Positions 9,015-20,059 of a DNA stretch of 22,041 nucleotides are shown here, one piece after another. The stretch spans positions 1-22,041 of the forward strand of contig NW_021837012.1 in the NCBI RefSeq assembly GCF_006345805.1, given 5' to 3'. Source of the stretch: Octopus sinensis (lineage: Eukaryota). A model generated the notes under the pieces. The model did no database searches. It worked only from the letters and a program-made list of their open reading frames with translations, and had not been told where the DNA came from. Positions within the stretch are counted from its first letter, which is position 1. The number at the start of each line of letters is the position of its first letter. Position numbers and translations under genes: made by a program.

Positions 9015-9484
9015 GAAATGAAAATACCCACACTCACATAAATAAAAACAGTCCCACACTCACAAGGAGCCCCAATAGGTATATAAAAAAAGTTTCTAGT
9101 ATCTTTCCTAGCCCATAATTTATGATAATTGTAGTTCTAACAATAAATAAATACCTACTAATTCAGTACATCGAACATTACGTCCCCGTAAATTATCGGT
9201 TCTGCAAAGAGACCAATACGTTAAGTACTAGGAATACAAAAATAAGTCCTGGGGTCTATTTGCTCGACTAAATGCGGTACACCACAATTTAATAACAATA
9301 ATAAATTATATGCAAGGTAAGTAAATCTATATGATATTTTGTAGTTATCTCACTAACTTACGGTGACGTAAACACATCAGAATCGGTTGTCAAGCAATTT
9401 TGAGGACAAAAACGCAGACAGAAACATAGACACACACATACATATGTGTGTGCGTGTGTGTATATATATATATATCTTTATGTG

Positions 9485-9527
<43 letters not shown>

Positions 9528-9604
9528 TATATATATATATTATATATATATATATATATCTTTATGTGTGTATATATATATATTCTTATGTGTATATGTA
9601 TGTA

Positions 9605-9924
9605 TGGATCAGTGGTTAGAGCATCGAGCTTACGATCCTGAGGTTGTGAGCTCGAATCCCGACCGGGCTGCGTGTTGTGTTCTCGAGCAAGGCACTTTAT
9701 TTCACGTTGCTCCAGTTCACTCAGCTGTAGAAATGTGTTGTGACGTCACTGGTGCCAAGCTGTATCGACCTTGTCTTTCCCTTGGATAGCACTGGTGGCG
9801 TGGAGAGGGGAGGCTGGTATGCATGGGCGACTGCTGGTCTTCCATAAACAACCTTGCCCGGACTTGTGTCTAGGAGGGTAACTTTCTAGGTGCAATCCCA
9901 TGGTCATTCATGACCGAAGGGGTC
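9605..9924 (+). mobile_element. Near full-length tRNA-derived SINE of a second family, with a CORE/Meta-like central domain
   Basis: A-box-like TGGATCAGTGG, B-box-like GAGCTCGAATCCC, central GTGTTGTGTTCTCGAGCAAGGCACTTTATTTCAC...CAGCTGTAGAAATG; embedded in TA-minisatellite. Confidence 0.85.
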
Positions 9925-9980
<56 letters not shown>

Positions 9981-10010
9981 TATACATATATATATATCTT
10001 TATGTGTATG

Positions 10011-10088
<78 letters not shown>

Positions 10089-10369
10089 TTATGTGTGTAT
10101 ATACATATATATATATATATATATATAATATATATATCTTATGTGTGTATATGTATATATATATATATATCTTTATGTGTGTATATGTATATATATCTTT
10201 ATGTGTGTATATATATATATATATCTTTATGTGTGTATATATATATATATATCTTTATGTGTATATATATATATATATTATATATATATATATATATATA
10301 TCTTTATGTGTGTATATATATATATATCTTTATGTGTGTATATATATATGTATATATATAATATCTTTA

Positions 10370-10412
<43 letters not shown>

Positions 10413-10424
10413 TTATGTGTATAT

Positions 10425-10459
<35 letters not shown>

Positions 10460-10515
10460 TATATCTTTATGTGTATATGTATATATATATATATATATAT
10501 CTTTATGTGTATATG

Positions 10516-10546
<31 letters not shown>

Positions 10547-10547
<1 letters not shown>

Positions 10548-10889
10548 ATAAAATATTATTAGAGACAAAACCACTATTTTGCAAACAAACAAGGAAATAC
10601 TTAATCAATACATAAATTTTAATAAATAGTCAAAAAAACTTCATAATTTGACACTGAATTATTGGAAGTCCACCTGAAGATTGTCGATCAAGACAAGAAA
10701 CGATTGTAGTGGCGGTTTTTTTGACTATTTATTAAATTTTATGTATTGATTAAGTATTTCCTTGTTTGTTTTGCAAATAGTGTTTTGTCTCTAATAATAT
10801 TTTATAATATTTTACTATAAAATTGGATTTAATCCTAAATCTGATTTTTTTCCCTGTAAATTTGGATTTATTCCCTAATATTTATTATT

Positions 10890-10890
<1 letters not shown>
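10547..10890 (+). mobile_element. Foldback element carrying a hammerhead ribozyme; probable non-autonomous Penelope-like/retrozyme-type insertion
   Basis: Inverted arms 10547-10639 and 10715-10806, a 75-nt loop containing the hammerhead, an AT-rich extension to ~10890, and (TA)n on both sides. Absent from the equivalent tract in macro-repeat copy 2. Confidence 0.85.
10670..10712 (+). ncRNA. Minimal type I hammerhead ribozyme
   Basis: CCAC CUGAAGA UUGUC-GAUCAA-GACAA GAAA C-GAUU-G UA GUGG: intact core, stem I 4 bp, stem II 5 bp, short stem III, predicted GUA cleavage after 10708. Confidence 0.8.
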
Positions 10891-10933
<43 letters not shown>

Positions 10934-10940
10934 TTATGTG

Positions 10941-10995
<55 letters not shown>

Positions 10996-11097
10996 TTATG
11001 TGTATATGTATATATTATATATATCTTTATCTTTATGTGTATATATATATATAATATATATATTGTATATGTATATATATATATATATCTTTATGTG

Positions 11098-11135
<38 letters not shown>

Positions 11136-11148
11136 TTATGTGTATATG

Positions 11149-11201
<53 letters not shown>

Positions 11202-11510
11202 GTATATATAAATGCTGGACCACCGCCATTATTCGAGCACATCGTGCGCAGCACTTATTCTTTCTAAGCCTAGTATTTATTCTAACTTATTCTTTTTGGC
11301 CGAACCACTAAAATACAGGGAGGAAAACATACCAGCATCGGATGAAAAATCTACTGTAGCCCAGGGCTGACCAAAGCCTTGTGATTGGATTTGTTAGACG
11401 GATTTGTTAGAAGATTGTCGTATATATATGTAACAGTGGCTGTGGTATGTAACTTGCTTTCCAACACACCAGCATCGGTTAAAAAATCTAACCCTAACCC
11501 TAACAGATAC

Positions 11511-11752
11511 AGTCAATCGAAGATAATGACCAAACTGTCTACTCTTATCCACCAGTTCCAACACGATTTAACAAAAAAGGAGACAAATTGCTTGACTAGA
11601 TTTCACTGCAAAGCCAGTAACATCTGTGGACTTCTCAAAATCTACAAAAGTTAGGCCATAAACGAAATCAGTAACAAGTTAACTTCTATAGTCATAAATA
11701 TTCCACACCCTAGAGATCTCCGAATGACCAATTATGACCGATCCAGGTATGT
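11511..11752 (+). pseudogene. Penelope-like RT fragment, copy 2
   Basis: ...DLTKKETNCLTRFHCKASNICGLLKIYKS*; the RPI motif is disrupted by a small deletion. Confidence 0.75.
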
Positions 11753-12834
11753 AGGTACGGGGGGCATTGGGTGCTTAACACTTGCAAATCTGAAGTCGCT
11801 AAAGGTGCAATAAATTGAACTTCTTTTCATTTAGCAGTTAGTGATCTGCAAATGTGGGTATCTTAGAAATGGTTAAAGTGTTTGTTGTAGCTGTAATTGT
11901 TGCACACACACAAACGAATAAAAACACACAGACGCTCACACACACGTACACACACAAATAAAAACATTGGTATCTCTGATTTTTACAGAAGCGAGTACTC
12001 TTAACATTTCTACAAGAGTTTACTGGCTGTCGGAGGTCCTGTTTATATTGACTGTTGTTTTCACCAAGTCATTTATTTATTAAAAAATATATATATATAT
12101 ATATATACATAAACTATGAGCTATGGTTAGATGTGTGTATTTCCATTTCTACAGTCAACTACAGTCAATCGAAGATAATGACCAAACTGTCTACCAAATC
12201 AGACACTCAAACACGCGGACAAACACAGAAATGAAAACAGTTACATACCTGCACATGCACAAACACACAGACATACACATATAGAAATGAAAAATACACA
12301 GTTACACATTCAAACTCTCACACTCACACACGCACAAACACACACACACACACACACACGCACCCACACACAGAAATGAAAACACAGTTACACATTCAAA
12401 CTCTCACACTCACACACGCACAAACACACACACACACACACACACGCACCCACACACAGAAATGAAAACACAGTTACACAATCACACATAAAACCCTAAC
12501 CAGCACAAACATACAACAATTTATTCAGAATGTAAAGGGGCATTGGGTGCTTTGCACTCGCAGTTAGAATATCAGCTCCCTCCACGCCAGTATGAGAATT
12601 TCTTTCATCCACTTGTGAAATTAATACATTGTCGACACATGACAAAATATGAGCAACATCTGAAGTCACTAAAGGTGCAATAAATTGAACTTATTTTGAT
12701 TTAGTAGTTAGTGATCTCAAATGTATGTATCTTACAATGGTCCAAAGTGTTTGTTGTATTTGTAAGTGTCGCACACACCACAGCAAATAGAAACACTCAG
12801 TCGCTCACACACTCGCGCACACAGAAATAAAACA

Positions 12835-12867
<33 letters not shown>

Positions 12868-13342
12868 AAACACTGAAATGAAAATACCCACACTCACATA
12901 AATAAAAACAGTCCCACACTCACAAGGAGCCCCAATAGGTATATAAAAAAAGTTTCTAGTATCTTTCCTAGCCCATAATTTATGATAATTGTAGTTCTAA
13001 CAATAAATAAATACCTACTAATTCAGTACATCGAACATTACGTCCCCGTAAATTATCGGTTCTGCAAAAGAGACCAATACGTTAAGTACTAGGAATACAA
13101 AAATAAGTCCTGGGGTCTATTTGCTCGACTAAATGCGGTACACCACAATTTAATAACAATAATATAATTATATGCAAGGTAAGTAAATCTATATGATATT
13201 TTGTAGTTATCTCACTAACTTACGGTGACGTAAACACATCAGAATCGGTTGTCAAGCAATTTTGAGGACAAAAAAACGCAGACAGAAACATAGACACACA
13301 CACATATGTGTGTGCGTGTTGTGTTATATATATATATATCTT

Positions 13343-13395
<53 letters not shown>

Positions 13396-13414
13396 TTATG
13401 TGTATATGTATGTA

Positions 13415-13737
13415 TGGATCAGTGGTTAGAGCATCGAGCTTACGATCCTGAGGTTGTGAGCTCGAATCCCAGCCCGGGCTGCGTGTTGTGTTCTCGAGCA
13501 AGGCACTTTATTTCACGTTGCTCCAGTTCACTCAGCTGTAAAAATGTGTTGTGACGTCACTGGTGCCAAGCTGTATCGACCTTTGTCTTTCCCTTGGATA
13601 GCACTGGTGGCGTGGAGAGGGGAGGCTGGTATGCATGGGCGACTGCTGGTCTTCCATAAACAACCTTGCCCGGACTTGTGTCTAGGAGGGTAACTTTCTA
13701 GGTGCAATCCCATGGTCATTCATGACCGAAGGGGCTC
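13415..13737 (+). mobile_element. Second-family tRNA-derived SINE, duplicate of 9605-9924
   Basis: Near-identical sequence and context. Confidence 0.85.
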
Positions 13738-13906
13738 TTTTATATATATACATATATATATATCTTTATGTGTATATTATATATATATATATATATATCT
13801 TATGTGTGTATATACATATATATCTTTATGTGTGTATATATATATATCTTTATGTGTGTATATATATATATATATCTTTATGTGTGTGTATATATATATA
13901 TATATT

Positions 13907-13947
<41 letters not shown>

Positions 13948-13986
13948 TTATGTGTGTATATATATATATATAATATTATATATCTT

Positions 13987-14025
<39 letters not shown>

Positions 14026-14026
14026 T

Positions 14027-14062
<36 letters not shown>

Positions 14063-14130
14063 TATATATTTTATGTGTGTATATATATATATATATCTTT
14101 ATGTATGTGTATAATATATATATATATCTT

Positions 14131-14169
<39 letters not shown>

Positions 14170-14221
14170 TTATGTGTATATGTATAATATATATATATAT
14201 ATATATATATCTTTATGTGTG

Positions 14222-14260
<39 letters not shown>

Positions 14261-14313
14261 TTATGTGTATATGTATATATATATATATATCTTTATCTTT
14301 ATGTTATATATAT

Positions 14314-14362
<49 letters not shown>

Positions 14363-14431
14363 TATCTTTATGTGGTGTATATATATATATTATATATATA
14401 TATTATATATATAAAATTGTATATATAAATG

Positions 14432-15250
14432 CTGGACCACCGCCATTATTCGAGCACATCGTGCGCAGCACTTATTCTTTCTAAGCCTAGTATTTATTCT
14501 AACTTATTCTTTTTGGCCGAACCACTAAAATACAGGGAGGAAACATACACCAGCATCGGTTGAAAAATCTACTGTACCCCAGGGCCGACCAAAGCCTTGT
14601 GATTGGATTTGTTAGACGGATTTGTTAGAAGATTGTCGTATATATATGTAACAGTGGCTGTGGTATGTAACTTGCTTTCCAACACACCAGCATCGGTTAA
14701 AAAATCTAACCCTAACCCTAACAGATACAGTCAATCGAAGATAATGACCAAACTGTCTACTCTTATCCACCAGTTCCAACACGATTTAAAAAAGGAGACA
14801 TATTGCTTGACTAGATTTCACTGCAAAGCCAGTAACATCTGTGGACTTCCCAAAATCTACAAAAGTTAAGCCATAAACAAAACCTGTAACAAGTTAACTT
14901 CTATAGTCATAATATTCCACACCGAGAGATCTCCGAATGAGGCCAATTATGGCCGATCCAGGTATGTAGATACGGGGAGCATTGGGTGCTTAACAATCGC
15001 AAATCTGAAGTCGCAATAAATTGAACTTCTTTTCATTTAGCAGCTAGTGATTTGCAAATGTGGGTATCTTGGAGATGCTTAAAGTGTTTGTTGTAGCTGT
15101 AATTGTCGCACACACACAAACGAATGAAAACACAGTCGCTCACACACACACGTACACACAGAGATAAAAACAATCACACAAACAGAAACACTGAAATGAA
15201 AATACCGACACGCACAAATAAAAACAGTTCCACGTACACAAACACTGATA
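14432..15250. repeat. Composite macro-repeat copy 3 (partial), including a Penelope-like RT fragment at ~14730-14965
   Basis: First module of the same subtype as copy 2; CGLPKIYKS* and MRPIMADPG readable; diverges after the CA-rich tract. Confidence 0.85.
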
Positions 15251-15251
15251 C

Positions 15252-15496
15252 ATGTAGGGAAGTAACTCTGGAAGATTTTGTAATTATCTCCCTTTCGAGA
15301 GTTCCTTCCCTTTCCTCGTATATTTAACAATTATTAGTATACGTGAGGGAAGTAACACTGGAAGATATTGGAGTTATCTTCTTTTGTAGAGTTACTTACC
15401 TTGCATATTATAATTTAATAGCTAATAATACGTGAGGGGAGTAACTCTAGAAAGGAAGATAACTACAAAAATCTTCCAGAGTTACTTCCCTTACAT
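15252..15496. repeat. Array of three ~56-bp mini inverted-repeat units with AT-rich spacers; the whole forms a MITE-like element with ~32-bp terminal inverted repeats
   Basis: Units AGGGAAGTAACTCT...AGAGTTACTTCCCT start at 15256, 15346 and 15435; the third unit is inverted relative to the first. Confidence 0.8.
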
Positions 15497-15507
15497 TTAC
15501 TTTAAAT

Positions 15508-15690
15508 CTTTTCCTGGTTTAGTTATTTGACTGTGCCCATGCTGGAGCACAGCCTTTTCTAGAGCAAATCGACAATGGGACTTTTATCAACTTCAGTCTA
15601 GTATTTATTTTGTTGGTCTTCTTTTCCCGAAGGGATAAGTTAATGGACTGTAAACATCACCGGCATCGGTTTTGGGGACATCGAAAAATA
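15508..15690 (-). mobile_element. Diverged SINE 3' half
   Basis: TTTGACTGTGCCCATGCTGGAGCAC...CTAGTATTTATT...GGCATCGGTT. Confidence 0.7.
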
Positions 15691-15805
15691 CACACATATA
15701 CATATATATAAATATCTATATGTATATACATGTTTCTCTCTCTCTCCTCTCTCTCTCTCTCTATTATATATATATATTATATATATATATATAGATATAT
15801 ATCTG

Positions 15806-15836
<31 letters not shown>

Positions 15837-15860
15837 TATATATATATTATATATATTATA

Positions 15861-15916
<56 letters not shown>

Positions 15917-15937
15917 ATATATATACCAATCTATCTT

Positions 15938-17570
15938 CTTCGAGCACATCGTCAGCAGCACTTATTCTTTTCTGCCGAGCCGCTGAAATACAGGGAGTAA
16001 AACACACCTGTATCGGTAAAAACATCACAGTTACAGTTGTTCGAAGGTAATGGCCAAACTGTCTACTCTTATCCACCAGTTCCAACACGATTTAACAAAA
16101 AAGGAGACAAATTGCTTGACTAGATTTCACTGCAAAGCCAGTAACATCTATGAACTTCCCAAAATCTAAATAAGTTAAGCCATTAACAAAACCTGTAAAA
16201 GTTAACTTCTATAGTTATAAATATTCCACACCCGAGAGATCTCCGAATCAGGCCAATTATGGCCAATCCAGGTATGTAGATACGGGGTGCTTAACACTCG
16301 CAAATCTGAAGTCGCTAAAGGTGCAATGAATTGAACTTCTTTTCATTTAGAACTTAGGGATCTGCAAATGTGGGGTATCTTGGAGATGCTTAAAGTGTTT
16401 GTTGTAGCTGTAATTGTCGCACACACACAAACGAATAAAAACAGTCGCTTACACACACGTACACACACAAATAAAAACATTGGTATCTCTGATTTTTACA
16501 GAAGCGAGTACTCTTAACATTTCTACAAGAGTTTACTGGCTGTCGGAGGTCCTGTTTATATTGACTGTTGTTTTCACCAAGTCATTTATTTATTAAAAAA
16601 TATATATATATATATATATACATAAACTATGAGCTATGGTTAGATGTGTGTATTTCCATTTCTACAGTCAACTACAGTCAATCGAAGATAATGACCAAAC
16701 TGTCTACCAAATCAGACACTCAAACACGCGGACAAACACAGAAATGAAAACAGTTACATACCTACACATGCACAAACACAGACACACACAAATAGAATTC
16801 AAAAATGCAGTAACACATCCAAACTCTCACACACTAACATACGCACAAACACACCACACACACACAAACATACGCACCCACACACAGAAATGAAAACGCA
16901 GTTACACACTCACACATAAAACCCTAACCCTAACTAGCACAAACATACAATTTATTCAGAATGTAAAGGGGCATTGGGTGCTTTGCACTCGCAGTTAGAA
17001 TATCAGCCCCCTCCACGCCAGTATGAGAATTTCTTTTATCCACTTGTGAAATTAATACACTGTCGACACATGACAAAAATATGAGCAACATCTCAAGTCA
17101 CTAAAGGTGCAATAAATTGAACTTATTTGTATTTAGTAGTTAGTGATCTCAAATGTAGGTATCTTAGAAATGGTCAAAGTGTTTGTTGTATTTGTGTCGC
17201 ACACACACAAACAAATAGAAACACTCAGTCGCGCACACAGAAATAAAAACACTCTCACACACACACACAAACACTGAAATGAAAATACCGGCACTCACAT
17301 AAATAAAAACAGTCCCACACACACAAGGAGCCCCAATAAATATATCAAAAAAGTTTCTAGTATTTTTCCTAGCCCATAATTTATGATAATTGAAGTTATT
17401 ACAATAAATAAATACCTACTAAATCAGTACATCGAACATTACGTCCCCGTAACTTAGCGGTTCTGCAAAAGAGACCAATACGTTAAGTACTAGGAATACA
17501 AAAATAAGTCCTGGGGTCTATTTGCTCGACTAAAGGCGGTGCTCCACCATGGTCACAGTGAAATAACTGA
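15938..17570. repeat. Composite macro-repeat copy 4, including a Penelope-like RT fragment at ~16035-16280; ends in a complete SINE 3' half (~17440-17570)
   Basis: Same module order as copies 1 and 2 up to the plus-strand SINE half. Confidence 0.85.
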
Positions 17571-17594
17571 AAGTGTATGTTACGAACTACATAC

Positions 17595-17790
17595 TTAAGG
17601 GAGATAACTACAAAGTATCTTCTACAGTTACTTCCCTTGAATATTATATTTTAACAATAATAAAATAACATGCAAGAGAAATTAACTCTCGCAAGGGAGA
17701 CAACTAGATAACATCTTCCAGAGTTACTTTCCTTACATATAATTATATTACTTTTATTAAATTATAATGTGCAGAGGGAAATAACTCTCG
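17595..17790. repeat. Second, more diverged array of the GGGAAGTAACTCT mini inverted-repeat units
   Basis: AAGGGAGATAACTACAAAGTATCTTCTACAGTTACTTCCCTT, a unit at 17674-17734, and a partial unit at 17775. Confidence 0.7.
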
Positions 17791-17948
17791 AAAATATTAT
17801 TCAGACATGACACACTTTTACGATTTTTTGGAGTTTAACTGCTCTCTCTAGTGAGTCTGATATCCCATTATGGCCATCCCTTATATGTTTAAATATCTAT
17901 ATGTATATACATATATCTGTCAATATATACCTGTCTCTGTCTCTCTCT

Positions 17949-17997
<49 letters not shown>

Positions 17998-18011
17998 CAC
18001 CTATCTATATA

Positions 18012-18350
18012 CGACGGGCTACTTTCTGCTTCCGTGTACCAAATCTACTCAGAAATGTTGGTCTGTCCGAGGCTATATTGGAAGACACTTGCCCATGGGG
18101 CCACGTACTTGGACTGAACCAGAATCACCGTGTTTGGAAAGGAAGCTACATACCACAGCCACTCTTACTGCTACATACATATGTATATATATATACGACA
18201 GTCTTCTATTAGTTTCCGTCTCCCGAATCCACTCACAAGGCTTGGGTCGGCCCGAGACTATAGTAGAAGACATTTGCCCAACATGCCACCCAGTGGGACT
18301 GAACTCGGAAACATTTGTTAGGTAAGCAATCTAATTCCCATTCAGACACT
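18012..18350 (-). mobile_element. Two tandem SINE 5' halves, inverted (18012-18165, 18196-18350)
   Basis: GAAGACACTTGCCC, CCGAGGCTATA and ACCACAGCCAC are the reverse complement of the SINE head at 6594-6740. Confidence 0.75.
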
Positions 18351-18457
18351 ACTGTGTATGTTAACCGGACAAGTTCAAGGTGAGCCCTACTTGTTTGTAT
18401 GTAAATGAGTTCATTAATGAGGTCCGGAACTTTCACGGCTGGTTCCCATAAGACAAT

Positions 18458-19755
18458 GCAACCACCTTGGGTATAGGTGGACTGTGCTCACACACGCACA
18501 AACACCTACACGTCCGCACCCACGAATATAGATACATGCAAAGACGCAATCTCGTACCTATTTATGTTTTAAATATGTTGACCTTAAAACTGCGACATTC
18601 TGGAAACACACGTCCACACCCATGCACATAGAGACATGCATGTATGCAAACTCGTAGCTATTTATGTTTTAAACATGTTGACCTTTAAACCGTGACATTC
18701 TGTGTCTGTTTGTGCGCGCATTTCTGTGAGAATGATTGCTCACGAACCGCAATGCGATGAGTTCAAACCAACAGCGTTGCACCCTGGTAAGTGTATTCAA
18801 CTATAGCCTTGGGCCGACCAAAGTATGCTGAGTGGAGTCAGTAGAGGGAAACTAAAAGAAGCCCGTTGTATATATGAATATCGGCGTAGCAATGGCTATG
18901 TTGTAAGTAGTTCGCTTGCGAACCACATGGTTTGGTGTTCACTCCCACTGCCTGTCATCTTATGCCATTGTCTACTACTGTACCCCAAGGCCGAACTAAT
19001 CCTTGTGATTGGATTTAATGGAAGGAAACTGAAAAAATACCATCGTATATATGTTTAAATGTGTGTGTGTGTGTGTGTGTGTTTGTTCGCACTCGAAGGG
19101 CACACGAGAATGCACGCACGTACTATCACACATACAGATGCAAGTTTTCTTAATAAAACGGAAAGAACTCCCGTTCCATCCCTTACAGTTTCTTTTTTGT
19201 TTTAGACACTACATATACGTGCGTGGGTATATACACGTATATCTGTATGTGTATGTCTGGGTGAAACACTTTTGCGGGTGGGTCACATTAGCCGATGTGA
19301 CAACCTTGGGTATGTGTGGACTGTCCTCACACACGCACAAATACCCACACTTCCGCACTCATGCACATAGATACATGCAAAGCTATTTCATGTTTTAAAT
19401 ATGTTGACCTTAAAACCGTGACATTCTTAAAAAATTTTATGAGTGTCTGGGTCAGCCAATATGTGTGCTTTTATCTCTGTGTCTGTTTGCGCTCGCGCAT
19501 GTGTGTGAGAGTGTTTGCTCACCAACCTCAATGTGCTGGGTTCAATCCAACATCGTGGCACCTTCGGCAAGTATATTCAACTATACACCCGGGCCGACAA
19601 AAGTATTCTGAGTAGGGTTGGTAGAGGGAAACCGAAAGAAGACCGTCGTGTATATGAATATCGGCGCAGGAATGGCTGTGGTAAGTAGTTTGCCTACGAA
19701 CCACATGGTTTCAGTTTCATTCCCACTGCCTCTCATCTTGTCCAATTGTCTTCTA
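18458..19755 (+). repeat. Older imperfect duplication (~18458-18980 vs ~19298-19755), each copy with paired diverged SINE heads
   Basis: Shared CAACC..CTTGGGTAT..GTGGACTGT, TTTTAAATATGTTGACCTTAAAAC..GACATTC and TATATGAATATCGGCG..GGCT..GTAAGTAGTT..CGAACCACATGGTTT. Confidence 0.8.
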
Positions 19756-20059
19756 AACCTAACCCTAATCCATTCCAGCCTATTATTATTCAAACACTAT
19801 TTACGTATCCTAATGTTAAATTGTATTAGTATCAATCAACGGATGTAACTCTTGTCAAGTAAGGGATGTAGAGGGAGTTACTTTCCTTGGTTTGAGATTC
19901 ATTTTTATATTTAAGTGCTGTAAGTTTAAATGCCAAAGGGAGATGAAACTATGAGTTAGGGTTAAATGTGTGTATTTCCATTTCTGTGTGTGCGAATACG
20001 TGCTTTTATATACATGTGTGTATGTGTGTGTGTATATATAATATATATATATGTCTAGG

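Larger units (their letters stand above)
9925..11205. repeat. (TA)n-TCTTTATGTG compound minisatellite, interrupted by the foldback element
   Basis: Repeated CTTTATGTG motif separated by variable (TA)n; also at 9440-9600, 13320-13410 and 13740-14425. Confidence 0.95.
7420..11213. repeat. Composite macro-repeat copy 1
   Basis: Module order: inverted SINE half, Penelope-like RT piece, spacer modules, CA minisatellite, conserved module at 8663, SINE pieces, TA-minisatellite. The order recurs at 11214, 14432, 15938 and 20612. Confidence 0.9.
11214..14431. repeat. Composite macro-repeat copy 2
   Basis: Near-identical to copy 1 from ~11965 to ~13740; lacks the hammerhead foldback. Confidence 0.9.

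Noticed and set aside
9605-9680. tRNA gene interpretation of A-box/B-box sequences (also 6594-6650, 13415-13490)
   Set aside because: No complete cloverleaf; each continues into a SINE body
11385-11654. Alternative-start ORFs 11385-11654 and 14603-14869 as small genes
   Set aside because: Chimeric: the N-terminal part is SINE-derived and the C-terminal part is the dead Penelope-like RT fragment ending at its shared stop
9387-14428. Many 60-240 aa ORFs rich in Y/I/C/V (e.g. 10004-10615, 13712-14428; also 3360-3689)
   Set aside because: Translations of TA/GT/AC microsatellites that lack stop codons; not genes
15252-15496. CRISPR array interpretation of the spaced palindromic repeats
   Set aside because: Eukaryotic repeat context, only three units with mixed orientation, spacers similar to one another, no cas genes
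16919-16934. Interstitial telomere (CCCTAA)n
   Set aside because: Only two hexamers, carried passively within the macro-repeat
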